DNA of 64,000 nucleotides from Eledone cirrhosa. Taxonomy: Eukaryota. This document shows, in pieces, positions 41,893-55,110 of this stretch; position 1 is the stretch's first letter, and the number at the start of each line of letters is the position of its first letter. Below the pieces are notes generated by a model. That model searched no databases, had not been told where the DNA came from, and was given only the letters and a program-made list of their open reading frames with translations. The stretch covers positions 88,970,001-89,034,000 of the forward strand of contig OZ024740.1 of assembly GCA_964016885.1 (NCBI GenBank). The letters run 5' to 3'. The translations under genes were made by a program, and so were the position numbers.

Positions 41893-43973
41893 GATTTCTT
41901 TATTAACCACAAGGGTTTACATAAAGTAGACATTAAGGACAGTGCAGGACAATACAGGACGTTACAAATGGGCATTTCTGCGTGTAAAAAACAAAAACAG
42001 ATGATGTAACAAAAAATAACAATGAACAATTCTCCAATAGGGGGGAGACTTCGGAGGGACATTTGTGGAGAAAGCCCAGTAAAAGGCCACAATGACCCTG
42101 ACCACCAAGGCAATTGCCCTCTCCCAGTTTTCTACCTTTAATTTACAGATATATACTCAGAGTAGGCCCATTCACTCGGGCCATTCTTGCTTCTCTCACC
42201 CATCTTTCAACAAAATGCTGGGAAGAGAGCACTTCCCTCTCTACTCTGATTTTCCTTTCCAAATGAAATTTGAAAAAGTCAATCAGAGCATCACCGAAGA
42301 GGTAAGTGCTCGTCTTCAGCCCTTTCAAACGTGTCCACCATACTATCTCTTTCGCCATGGCCACCAGACAGATAAAAATGCCTGCCCTTCCCGGCTAAAG
42401 GAGGAGGGCGGGGCAATCCTCACGATGGACTCAGATGATAGCCGGATCCGTTCTAAACGCGACAGCAGGTGTTCGACATAAAACCACAAGTCAGCAATTT
42501 TCGGACACTGGACGAGTGCGTGCAGGACGGTTTCATCGCCCTGCGCGCATCTCGGACATGCCCGGCTGACAGCACCTCCATGCCTGTAGAGTTTATCCCG
42601 AACTGGCAAGGCTCCTCGGTAGCACTGCCAGGCCAGAGATTTCTGGAAGTTGTCCATAGGCCCTGGCCCGAAAGTTCTTCCTAAGAGATTGGCTAGTTGA
42701 TTTTCGTCGACGCCTAGAGTTTCCCCAAGTACGTCGTCGCTCTTCCCCTCCACTAATCCTCTATAGAACGCCGAGGTGGAGTTTCCACAGATCACATTGC
42801 CCGATTGGTCGAGGGCTGTGAGCGCCTGAAGACATTCCAGTCTCCAGGCGCTCCCTCTCGGTCTTCGCTTGACCTAGAACTGAAGCTCCGTCAAGGAAAC
42901 GAGCTGGGGAAATACGTGTCTAGCAAACGGAGAACACACCTGATCTCCATCGAGGAAGAGGTGGAGATGTCGTAGCCTGGGCGCGTGCTTGCGCATCATC
43001 AGCCACGGCATGCCCAGCCCTCCACGTAGCGGGTGTTGACAACAGATGGACCGCCTGACCATCGGAGCGCGTCCCTTCCACAAAAAGCGAAAGAGCAAAC
43101 GCTCCAGCGCAGTCAGGCGAGGCTTAGGACAAGGTACGACGGTCAGGCGGTAGCAGATGACAGACGCGATGTACGCGTTAGCCACCTCGGCTCGACCTTT
43201 CAGGGATAGCTTCCTCTCCGCCCATTTCTGGGTGAGAGAAGCCACCCTGCTCATCACCTCGTCCCAGTTCTTGTCCGTCTGGAGGTCCGGACCGAACCAG
43301 ACCCCTAGCAATTTAACCGGTCCGTCTGTCCAGCGTCCGACGACGCTGTTGGACGGCATGGACCTGCCTCTCCAGGTGCCGAGCTGCAGGCCCACTGACT
43401 TTTCCTGGTTGATCATTGCTCCTGTCACCGCTTCGTATTCTCTTAGTGTAGTGCCGATGGCCTCGATGTGTTTGGCGTTCGACACCACTACGGTGACATC
43501 GTCCGCATATGCTGACACGGATCTTCCGCATCCTAGTTCGCGCGGGATGCCCCTCAACGTCTCCAGTTTGTGCAGTAATGGCTCGAGTGTCAATGCGTAC
43601 AAGAGGGACGAGAGGGGACATCCTTGGCGGACCGAGCGCATGAAGTGGAACGGTTTCGACAGGTGACCGTTCACTCTCACCACAGAGCAGATGTCGCTGT
43701 GCATGGCAGCGATCCAGCCTCTGAAGACCGTCCCAAAGCCAGCCGCCCCCAGGACTGCCGCTAGGTAACGATGGTCGACCCTATCGAAGGCTTTCGATTG
43801 ATCTAAATTGATCAAAGACCCACCCTTGCCAGGTTCCCTAGCTACCCTCTCTACGATGTATCGCACGAGGTGGAGGTTGTCGTGGATGGATCTGTCGGGA
43901 ATTGCGCATGTCTGCGCCTCTCCCACCAGACCACCAACGACAAGCGCCATCCTCTTTGCTAGCACCTTGGCCA
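41893..43973 (-). mobile_element. Tx1 LINE copy B, 5'-truncated in RT
   Basis: LDQSKAFDRV, RQGCPLS, AYADDV; 3' UTR highly similar to copy A. Confidence 0.92.
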
Positions 43974-43974
43974 G

Positions 43975-44320
43975 TGATTCTGGGCGTGAGAAAAATATAT
44001 TATCGATTATTGTTCGGGGGATCTTGGTCCAGGGTCCACGGAGAATTCCTCGAGATCCCTAACCTACTCTAAAGACATGGAAGTGCCGTCCGCTGGGCCT
44101 TTTTGAGACCCGCAAATGGCGACGAAATCGACCAGCTGTCATATGTGCCTTGTTTGAACTTTGCTAACTTGTGGGCTTATGTTGAACAACGGCTGTTCGA
44201 CTATGTTACATGCTTTTTGCTTTATATTTATCACGTTTTGCACGCAAACTCTCATTTTCTATCTTTCTGTATCGACTTTGACATTTCTTTAATATAGCCA
44301 TGTGTGGCTAATAAAAAATC
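43975..44320 (+). mobile_element. Old Tx1-related 3' fragment
   Basis: FANLWAYVEQ similar to IADLWVYVEH; tail gctaataaaaaatcatt. Confidence 0.55.
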
Positions 44321-45289
44321 ATTTTCATTGAAGAACATCGGATGGCGAGGTTAACCTCCCAATTAGTTTATTGAAAGCTGGATTTAATTTGCAAGCAGGG
44401 TCCGAGCGACAACATCTGCATTGAGTCTGCGTGCGCCTGTAAAATCATCACCATCATCATTATCATCATCAACATAAGGGCAATGGATCTGGCAGAACTA
44501 CTAGTTCAAATCCCACTAAGTAATTTTACAGTGATCGATAAAATCGTCCTTCCCTCACTGCAAATTGCTAGCCTAATTTCAAAATTGGGAACTATAATGA
44601 TCATCAGCATTAACCTCATCATTAGCTTTAATTCGGATAATATGACTTGCGGTATTTGTTTATTTTTTATCAACTTTGCCTCTCATCTTACTGCTGTCCT
44701 TGGAATCGTGTACTAGTGAATTTCATGGGCTCTATATTTTCCTCACCCAAATCAATGCCATTATACTGAAATTTGGAAATAATTCTCATCAATATCATCA
44801 TTTATGTCAAATTGGATTCCCGTCTACTCTTACGCTAACATAAAGTACACATCAATTAATCTTGTCGGTTAAATCACTTTCAAAAGTGTGATTTTAACGT
44901 ATGTTTAAAATAATAATTATTGTTGTTTTTGCTGCATCCTGAGTGATATCTAGAAGAAATACAAGATGTATCTGTTGTATTTGTTTTCTCTAAAATAATT
45001 CAGATTTCTTGTGTTTATTATACTGGAAGTTAGAAGGGCTTTATTTAATGGGAGAAACATTACTAATTGTTGTTTATCACTAGTTTCTTGACGGATTAAT
45101 TTGAACTTTGTTAGGCTGATGGCAGTATGAGATTAATTTCCACAAAAGCGGCAGCTAAATTCCTCCTTCTGAGGTTAAGAAAGATACTAGTATTTCATGC
45201 ATTACGAACCTTATTGTAATAAATCTTCCATGATTAAGGATAGCGTTTGGAAGCTGTAATGCCTCCAATTGCCCACAGCCTTTTACCAG

Positions 45290-46210
45290 CTGGCCACTAG
45301 TATCGGTGGAAAATCCACCTAGGCGTTCTGTAGAGGACTAGTGGAGGGGTAGAGTGACGACGTTCTCGAGGGGACCCTTGGGCGTCTAAGACGATCAGCT
45401 GTTTGCTCTCTTCAAGAGAACTTTCGGCTCGGGGCCTATGGACAAATTCCAGAAATCCCTGGCCTGGCATTGCCTGCCAGAGAGAGTGCCGGTTCTAGAT
45501 AAACTCGAGAGGCACGAAAGTGACGTCGCTGAACCTGTGCAAAATGCGCGCAGGGTGACGAAACCGTCCTGCATGCACTCGTTCAGTGCCCGAGCATTGC
45601 TGACTTGTGAGGCTATGTCGAACAGTTGCTGTCACATGTAGGACGGATCCGGTTATCGACTGAGTCTATTGTGCAGATAGCCCCACCGTCCTCCTTCAAG
45701 GAGGATGAAGGGCAGGCAGTTTTCATCTGCCTGGTGGCCATGACGAAAGAGATTGTATGGTGGACAAGGTTGAAAGGATTGAAAGGGATACTTACCTCTT
45801 CGGCGAATCACTTATTAACTCATTCATGTTTTACTTGAAAAGGAAAACTCAGAGTGGAGAGGGAAGTGCTGTCTTCTAGTAAGTTTGTTGAACGGTGGGT
45901 GAGTGTTGCGAGTCTGGTCCGAGTGAACTCTGAGTAGTGCCCGTAGACTGAGGAGCGGGACAACTGAGAGAGGGCGCTTGCGCTGGTGGTCAGGGTTGCC
46001 GTGGTCTTATGTGTGGTTTTCGCCACGCATAACCCTCGGAGGTTTCTCACCTATTGGGGATTTTTGTTGTTTGAAATTTTTTGATTTGTTTCACATTTTT
46101 CTATCTTCTTGTTATCACCCTTTTACACGGACAAAACCCACTGTGTATCGTCTGTACCGTTCTGTGGCATCTTTAACGTTTTTCTCCCTTTTGGCCAATA
46201 AAGAAAACAT
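45290..46210 (+). mobile_element. Diverged Tx1-family 3' fragment
   Basis: MDKFQKSLAWHC, GRIRLSTESIVQIAPP, KEIVWWTRLKGLK match the ORF2 C-terminus. Confidence 0.85.
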
Positions 46211-46414
46211 TACTAACATTCAACGGAAATAACTATTTCATGGGTAAAAATGTTTTTATCTTTATATTTGTTACATGGGAAGAAAGGTTTGGGACTAAAT
46301 TGTAGCTTGGGATTACGTAGATGCTCGCTAAATTTGTGGTAATCCTCGATAAACTAACCAACAAAACCCAGTTGTCAGTAATAATAATGATTTTTCTGCT
46401 AGTAATAATAACAA

Positions 46415-46416
<2 letters not shown>

Positions 46417-46470
<54 letters not shown>

Positions 46471-46496
46471 ATAATAATAATAATAATAATAATAAT
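46417..46496. repeat. (TAC)n(TAA)n microsatellite
   Basis: Direct reading. Confidence 0.95.
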
Positions 46497-48668
46497 GATT
46501 TCTTTATTAACCACAAGGGTTTACATAAAGTAGACATTAAGGACAGTGCAGGACAATGCAGGACGGTACAAATGGGCATTTCTGCGTGTAAAAAACGAAA
46601 ACAGAGGATGTAACAAAAATAACAATGAAAATAACAATGAAAAATTCCCCAATAGGGGGGGAGACTTCGGAGGGACATTTGTGGAGAAAGCCCAGTAAAA
46701 AGCCACAATGACCCTGACCACCAAGGCAAGTGCCCTCTCCCAGTTTTCCACCTTTAACTTACAGATATATACTCAGAGTAGGCCCATTCACTCGGGCCAT
46801 TCTTGCTTCTCTCACCCATCTTTCAACAAAATGCTGGGAAGACAGCACTTCCCTCTCTACTCTGATTTTCCTTTTCAAATGAAATTTGAAAAAGTCAATC
46901 AGAGCATCACCGAAGAGGTAAGTGCTCGTCTTCAGCCCTTTCAAGCGTGTCCACCATACTATCTCTTTCGCCATGGCCACCAGACAGATAAAAACTGCCT
47001 GCCCTTCCCGGCTAAAGGAGGAGGGCGGGGCAATCCTCACGATGGACTCAGATGATAGCTGGATCCGCCCTAAACGCGACAGCAGGTGTTCGACATAAAC
47101 CCACAAGTCAGCAATTTTCGGACACTGGACGAGTGCGTTCAGGACGGTTTCGTCGCCCTGCGCGCATCTCGGACATGCCCGGCTGACGGCACCTCCATGC
47201 CTGTAGAGTTTATCCCGAACTGGCAAGGCTCCTCGGTAGCACTGCCAGGCCAGAGATTTCTGGAAGTTGTCCATAGGCCCCGGCCCGAAAGTTCTTCCGA
47301 AGAGATTGGCTAGTTGATTTTCGTCGACGCCTAGAGTTTCCCCAAGTACGTCGTCGCTCTTACCCTCCACTAATCCTCTATAGAACGCCGAGGTGGAGTT
47401 TCCACCGATCACATTGCCCGATTGGTCGAGGGCTGTGAGCGCCTGAAGACATTCCAGTCTCCAGGCGCTCCCTCTCGGTCTTCGCTTGACCCAGGACTGC
47501 AGCTCCGTCAAGGAAACGAGCTGGGGAAATACGCGCCTAGCAAACGGCGACCACACCTGATCACCGTCGAGGAAGAGGTAGAGATGTCGTAGCCTGAGCG
47601 CGTGCCTGCGCATCATCAGCCACGGCATGCCCAGCCCTCCACGTAGCGGGTGTTGACAACAGATGGACCGCCTGACCATCGGTGCACGTCCCTTCCACAA
47701 AAAGCGAAAGAGCAAACGCTCCAGCGCAGTCAGGCGAGGCTTAGGACAAGGTACGACGGTCAGGCGGTAGCAGATGACAGACGCGATGTACGCATTAGCC
47801 ACCTCCGCTCGACATTTCAGGGATAGCTTCCTCTCCGCCCATTTCTGGGTGAGAGAAGCCACCCTGCTCGTCACCTCGTCCCAGTTTTTGTCCGTCTGGA
47901 GATCCGGACCGAACCAGACCCCCATCAATTTAACTGGTCCGTCCGTCCAGCGCCCGACGACGCTGTTGGACGGCACGGACCTGGATCTCTAGGTCCCGAG
48001 CTGACTTTTCCTGGTTGATCATTGCTCCTGTCACCGCTTCGCATTCTCTTAGTGTAGTGCCGATGGCCTCGATGTGTTTAGCTTTCGACACCACTACGGT
48101 GACATCGTCCGCATATGCTGACACGGATCTTCCGTATCCTCGTTCGCGCGGGACCCCACTCAACGTCTCCAGTTTGTGCAGTAATATCTCGAGAGTTAAT
48201 ACGTACAAGAGGGACGAGAGGGGACATCCTTGGCTGACTGAGCGCATGATGTGGAACGGTTCCGAAAGGTGACCGTTCACTCTAACCACAGAGCAGATGT
48301 CGCTGTGCATGGTAGCGATCCAGCCTCTGAAGACGGGCCCAAATCCAGCCGCCCTCAGGACTGCCGCTAGGTAACGATGGTCGACCCTATCGAAAGCTTT
48401 CGACTGTTCTAAATTGATCAAGGACCCACTCGTGCCAGGTTCCCTAGCTACCCTCTCTACGATGTATCGCATGGGGTGCAGGTTGTCGTGGATGGATCTG
48501 TCGGGAATGGCGCATGTCTGCGCCTCTCCCACCAGACCACCAACGACAAGCGCCAACCTCTTTGCTAGCACCTCGGCCAAAATCTTGAACTCTGTGTTTA
48601 GCAGAGTTATGGGCCTAAAATTATCTATGTTATCCCCCTTGTTCGGATCCTTTCTCAGCAGCGCCACA
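46497..48668 (-). mobile_element. Tx1 LINE copy C, 5'-truncated in RT
   Basis: NFRPITLLNTEFKIL through the C-terminus; 405-aa open segment. Confidence 0.92.
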
Positions 48669-49033
48669 GACAAATTTAAAATATTGCTACTGCTTACAAT
48701 TCCAGTGTTGGCAAACGTAGCAATATTTACAATGGTGGTGTCGGTGTGAGGTGTTGGATTGTGAGGAAGGAGTGACTCTGATGCATCCATTATTGTTCAA
48801 AGAAAAATTGTTGTTTCATAATTATAAAAAGTTTAAACTTTGGGCTCAAGGCCCCGATATTTTTGAGTGTCCTTTTCAGAAATCAATGTATGTGCACTTA
48901 TATACAGTTAACAATAAAAATTTTCCATGAATGGCAATTTTAAACAACTGAAAATAACAAACCTTTGCGGAGGTCACGATGATACGATTTACTACGTAGG
49001 TCACCAATAATAATAATAAAATTAATAATAATA

Positions 49034-52000
49034 CTTTCTTTATTAACCACAAGAGTTTAGATAAAATAGACATTAAAGACAGTACAGGACAATACAGGAC
49101 GGTACAGATTGGCATTTCTGCGTGTAAAAAAAAGAAAACACAGGGGACGTAATAATAGAACAACAATGAAAAACTTCCCCAATAGAGGGGAGTCTTCCGA
49201 GGGCCATCGTGGAGAAAGCCCATTAAAAAGCGAGAGTGACCCTGACCACCAGGGCAAGTGCCCTCTCCCAGTTTTCCACCTTTAATTTACAGACACATAC
49301 TCAGAGTAGACCCATTTACTCGGGCCATTCTTGCCTCTCTCACCCATCTTTCAACAAAATGCTGGGAAGAGAGCACTTCCCTCTCTACCCTGATTTTCCT
49401 TTTCAAATGAAATTTGAAAAAGTTAATCAAGGCATCACCGAAGAGGTAAGTGCTCGTCTTCAGCCCTTTCAAACGTTTCCACCATACTATCTCTTTCGCC
49501 ATGGCCACCAGACAGATAAAAACTGCCTGCCCTTCCCGGCTAAAGGAAGAGGGCGGGGCAATCCTCACGATGGACTCAGTTGATAGCTGGATCCGTACTA
49601 CACGCGACAGCAGGTGTTCGACATAAATCCACAAGTCAGCAATGCTCGGACACTGGACGAGTGCGTGCATGACGGTTTCGTAGCCCTGTGCGCATCTCGG
49701 ACATGCCCGGCTGACGGCACCTCCATGCCTGTAGAGTTTATCCCGAACTGGCAAACTCCCCGGTAGCACTGCCAGGCCAGGGATTCCTGGAAGTTGTCCA
49801 TAGGCCCCGGCCCGAAAGATCTTTCGAAGATTTTAGCTAGTTGAATTTCGTCGACACCTAGAGTTTCCCCAAATACATCGTTGCCCTTCACCTCCACTAA
49901 TCCTCTATAGAACGCCAAGGTGGAGTTTCCACCGATCACATTACCCGATTGTTCGAGGGCTGTGGATGCCTGAAGACATTCCTGTCACCAGGTGCTCCCG
50001 CTCAGCCTTCGCTTGACCCAGGACTGAAGCTCCGTCAAGGAGACGAGCTGGGGGAAGGCGCGTCTAGCAAACGGAGACCACACCTGATCACCGTCGAGGA
50101 AGAGGTGGAGATGTCGTAGCCTGAGCTCGTTTCTGCGTATCATCAGCCAAGGCTTACCTAGCCCTCCACTTAGCGGGTGTTGACAGCAGATGGACCGCCT
50201 GACCATAGGAACGTGTCCCCTCCACAAAAAGCGAAAGAGCAAACGCTTCAGCGCAGTCAGGCATGGGATTAGGACAAGGTACGACGGTCAGGCGGTAGTA
50301 GATGACGGACGCGATGTATGCGTTAGCCACCTCCGTTCGACCTTTCAGGGATAGCTTCCTCTCGACCCATTTCTGGGTGAGAGAAGCCACCCTGCTCGTC
50401 ACCTCGTTCCAGTTTTTGTCCGTCTGGAGGTCCGGACCGAACCAGAACCCTAGCAATTTAACCGGTCCGTCCGTCAAATTCGCGACGACGCTGTTGGACG
50501 GCATGGACCTGCCTCTCCAGGTGTCGAGCTGCAGGCCCACTGACTTTTCCTGGATGATCATTGCTCCTGTCACCGCTTCGTAGTCTCTTAGTGTAGTGAC
50601 GATCGCCTCGATGTCTGTGGCGTTCGACACCACTACGGTGAGATCATCCGCATATGCTGACACGGATCTTCCGCATCCTAGTTCGTCGGGACCCCCTCAA
50701 CGTCTCCAGTTCGTGCAGTAATTGCTCGAGAGTCAATACGTACAAGAGGACGAGAGGGGACATCATTGGCGGACCGAGCGCATGATGTTGAACGGTTCCG
50801 AAAGGTGACCGTTCACTCTCACCACAGAGCAGATGTCACTGTGCATCGCAGCGATCCAGCCTCTGAAGATGGGCCCAAAGCCAGCCGCCTTCAGGACTGC
50901 CGCTAGGTAACAATGGTCGACCCTATCGAAAGCTTTCGACTGTCCTAAATTGATCAGGGACCCACCGGTGCCAGGTTCCCTAGTTACCCTTTCTACGATG
51001 CATCACATGAGGTGGAGGTTGTGGTGGATGGACCTGTCGGGAATGGCGCATGTCTGCGCCTCTCCCACCAGACCACCAACGACAAGCGCCAACCACTTTG
51101 CTAGCACCTTGGCCAAATACTTGAAATCTGAGTTTAGCAGAGTTATGGGCCTGAAATTATCTATGTTATCCTCCTTGTTCGGATCCTTTCTCAGCAGCGC
51201 CACTGCTCCTCGGCTCACAGAGCTGGGAATTCTCCAGTTCTGTTGCCAGTTGTAGTAGACGTCCGCCAAGTGGCCTCCGAAGAAGTCTGGCATCTCTACT
51301 TAAAGTTCCTAGGGCAGACCATCCAAACCAGGCGAATTACCCCTTGTGTAGCCAGTCATTGCCTCCCGTACTTCAGCGGCTGTTATCGGCTTTACGCAAC
51401 ACTCCGCCTCAGTGGCCGAGAGCCGCGGCAGTCCGTCGAGGTAGACACTATAGTCCATCCCTCGACCCGGCCCGCAGCTGCCCCCTAACAGCTGTGCGAA
51501 GTGTCGCTGAAAAGCTTCACACATTTGCCTGGGATCGAGTAGCATGCACCCGTCTTGGTCCACCAAAGACAGGATCATGGCTTTGTTGCCACGACGTGCC
51601 TCCACCATTCGGGTCCATTGAACGCTTTCGTCCCTTCGGGTCTGAGAGCACGCACCCTAGCTCTGACAACGCAGCTTTCGTGCTTTGCATTGAAGAATTG
51701 GTCAAGGGCCAATTTCGCCGCAAGTACGTCGGTGGCGATGCCTTTGCTAAGCGCCTCGTCTAATTTTCTAACTAGTTCTCCCTCTGCTCTATTTTTCTCT
51801 ATTGATAAAGCCTTTCTAAACCTAATGGACTCTATTCTAATCGCTCTTTTCAGAGCAAACCACTACTTGTTGTTGACGATGGCCCCCGTCAACGCCCGCT
51901 TAACTATTTCGCTAATCCGGTCTCTGTAGGCCTTGCGCGCTGGTAAGGACGCGTTTAACTTCCAGTAGCCGGGTCCTCGTCTATGAAGCCTATCTAAGTC

Positions 52001-52850
52001 AAGCACACAGATCATGAATTTGCGGTCCGTGTAGCTGACTATCTTGAATTGTGGACAGCCTATGTTAGACGTATCTATTTCCCTACAAAATACTCTATCT
52101 AGATATGATCTGGATGACCCTATGCGATTTGTCCAAGTCCACATTGGCACATTCGGGAAATCCAATCGGTACCTGTCAGACAGTTCAAAACGCCTGAGCA
52201 GTTTGGTGAGGCTCTTGCAACCTCCTCCCCTATCCGCTAATGCCGCACCGTCCCAGCGAGCATCTAAGATCCCGTTCCAGTCGCCCACTAACACTAAAGA
52301 GCGGGTCGTTCCAAGAAAGGTCTCCAGACGCCGGAAGAAAACAGGCCGCCCTGCTCCAGTCGGGGCATAGACGGACACTAGCCTGAAAGCTTGCCCGTCT
52401 CCGCTGGTCACGTCCATCATCACCAACTTACCTTGTGGGTTCAGGAAGATGGCCCGTATGGCGAGATCCAAACCTCTCCGAAAAAGTACAGCAACTCCTC
52501 CGCTCGATCCAGGACGGCTGGAAGATGTGTACACATTGTAGCCGCCGAAGATCGGTGCGAAGGCCCGTGCTTCAGAGATTCTGGTCTCGCTGATGGCCAC
52601 TACATCTATGTTTAGTGACCTGAGGGCGTTGAGCAGGTGACCCTGCTTCCATGACGACCCCAAGCCACGCACATTTATGCTGCCTATTCTGAGTGCAGTC
52701 ATGTTAAAATGGAGTGGAAAAGATGGGAAAGACCACTTACCTTATTTCTCGTAGAAGAAGGATGGTTTCTCAATCCTTTTCACTGCTTGCGGCCTCATTC
52801 GGAAGGATGTCCTTATATATCCTCCTACAGAGTGTTTGTTGGAAAGATTC
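49034..52850 (-). mobile_element. Tx1 LINE copy D (whole ORF2 pseudogene, truncated near the ORF1 end)
   Basis: APE 51863-52702, SPGLDGLP, RT fragments, 3' UTR; more diverged subfamily. Confidence 0.92.
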
Positions 52851-53241
52851 TGCGTGGAAATGATATAATTATAAAGTCTAGAAGCAAAATCAGAAAACAA
52901 ATAAAGAATTACAGCACATCAATGATAAACATCCGAAACACTTTCTGAAAAATCAACACCATCATTCACAAAAACCAAAGGCTAATATTTTTGTCTTGTA
53001 TAATAAATATCTGGGGCATTAACTAATTACGTCGAAGAAAATCGCAATTTAAATTGGGGCAAAATAATAGAGGCATTGACTTTTGCGAAACATTACGCTG
53101 TTGGGGGAACTACTGGTGACCATTGGTATCGCTTTCAGAAGAGGTGCCTTGTCTAGTATTTTGGGTCGATGCCATCGATGTGGTTTGATATTTTCCATAT
53201 CTACTCAATATATGAGACAGAAAAATAGACGACTTGTCACT

Positions 53242-55093
53242 ATGCCTCCTGCTCGCAAGAGAAAGAAGTCCGAGGAAGACCAGCAGCCTAGTACGTCCAA
53301 AAATCAAAAAAAGGAACCTACAAAAGCGAAGGAATATACTGTACCAGGATACGACTTTCTAGGTCCTGGGACTAACATAAAAAAAAGAAATGTTGGGTAC
53401 CACGAAATCGGTTAGATCAGGCAGCCAAAGAACACGATCTAGCCTATGGAAATCCAGATATACAAACCTGGTACGCTGACAAGAAATTCATCGAAGAGGC
53501 AGTTAAAAGTGGACCCACAGGTATATTGGCTGCAGCAGCAATCACATTGAAACATTACGCATGCCTTGAAACATACTTTCGGGATAGTAACACCGACACT
53601 GTTGATAGTGGTGGGACTGCTAATATGGCTAGCATGGAAACGGATGAAGAATCTCAGAGAGTGGATGAAGGAGGGGGTTGGCAGGGTAGACAAATGGGGC
53701 ATCAAGAGGACACTCCAACACCCAGTGGACCACATCGAAGAGAGGTCACATTTACACGGAAGTTCCACAACTATGTAAAAGCACAGATATGAATGCTTCC
53801 ACTGGGAATTTTGTCACTTTAAAAATGGAAGGCGAAAATCAACCTGCTAGCCTAAAAGACTCAATGACAAGAGGTAACTGTAGATCAAAAGATTATATAG
53901 TACCATACTGGCTAACCTCATGGATAAAACCAATAGAGTGGGAGGTACAGGTCAGAATGGCAACAGCATATCGTGTGAAAGAGGCTGGTTTCAAGATTTC
54001 AAATATAACCTGCTCTGAGTGGATTGTTTCAAGAGGTGAGGATCAATTCATAAATAATCCATTACCTTATCTTCAAATATATGTTGATTGAGAGCGATAT
54101 ATCGGATATAATAATCTCAGAGGTATAACACAAATACCCAATAACGGATTCCAAAGAACACATCCGACCAATATGAACGAACTATTGTTACCACAATATG
54201 AATACTGGTACATGGCAAACAAGAAGATGCTTATCGACCACGGCGCAACATTTACAGACGATGTGGCGGAATAAGAAATGTATAAACTACATGACTGGAG
54301 AGGATTTTACGATGTTGAGGAGATAAGACAGGGTGACAGTTTCGTACACAAATGGAAAAATCACTCTCGTCTAACAAAACCACTCACTAACACTGTATGG
54401 AACGGAGGGATAATACAACATGGCGCTATACTTAATAGTGGAGTATGGTCACAAGCACACCACCAAGGTGCTGGATCATTAGAACTAATGAATGGCTGTA
54501 TCAATATATCATCAGCACCGTATACTGGTACTGCACTCTTACAGGGAGCACAATGGTTAGACTATCACAACCACAGAAGAATAACAAGATTGGGATGGAT
54601 GGAAGATCTAGCAATGGAAGAAAGAAACGAATATGGACTGAATTATCAATGCATTCGTGAATCAAAAACTGCGACAGGTGAATTCGAAACCACAGGAGGA
54701 TTATACACAGTCGCAGATAGAACACTGATAAACAACGTATTGTACACGTCAGAAGATCTTCCTGATATGGTATTAATAAACGTGCCATTGAAAATAAATG
54801 GAAATAATTCACAGCAAGTCTTGCTGTTCGCCTTTGAAATTGAATACTTTCTAACTTTAGAAGTAGATTACGATCAGTTGCATCATCCTCAAGTAATACA
54901 AACGTGTAACTACCTAGCATCAAACAGCACGATGTCAGATTCAAGCTTCAGATTTGATGTACATTGTGTAACTGATCCTGGTAGACACCTACACGGTCAC
55001 GCAGTTAAAATCGTGCAACATGGGCGGACTTTACATGTTAAAGATAGGAACGAACCTTATAAATACAAGAGCGAACATTTCGTCAACAAGTAG
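53242..55093 (+). pseudogene. VP1: Endogenous parvovirus-like capsid VP1 with PLA2 domain (frameshifts/stops near 53385, 53790, 54090, 54275)
   Basis: N-terminal basic NLS-like PPARKRKK; Ca-loop VPGYDFLGPG; after a frameshift LDQAAKEHDLAY...YADKKF (parvoviral PLA2); capsid-like blocks TFTRKF, IVPYW...KPIEW...YRVKEAGFKISN. Confidence 0.85.
55022..55065 (+). promoter_or_regulatory. Putative internal promoter for NS1 (GC box + TATA)
   Basis: GGGCGG at 55022-55027 and TATAAATA at 55058-55065, 45 nt before the ATG at 55111. Confidence 0.4.
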
Positions 55094-55110
55094 GATCTCG
55101 ACTGCTCAAG

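Noticed and set aside
52850-53241. Parvoviral terminal hairpin or CRESS nonanucleotide origin upstream of VP
   Set aside because: Only a tiny hairpin (tcgatg-c-catcga) and an imperfect TAGTATT; no convincing telomere here or after NS1.
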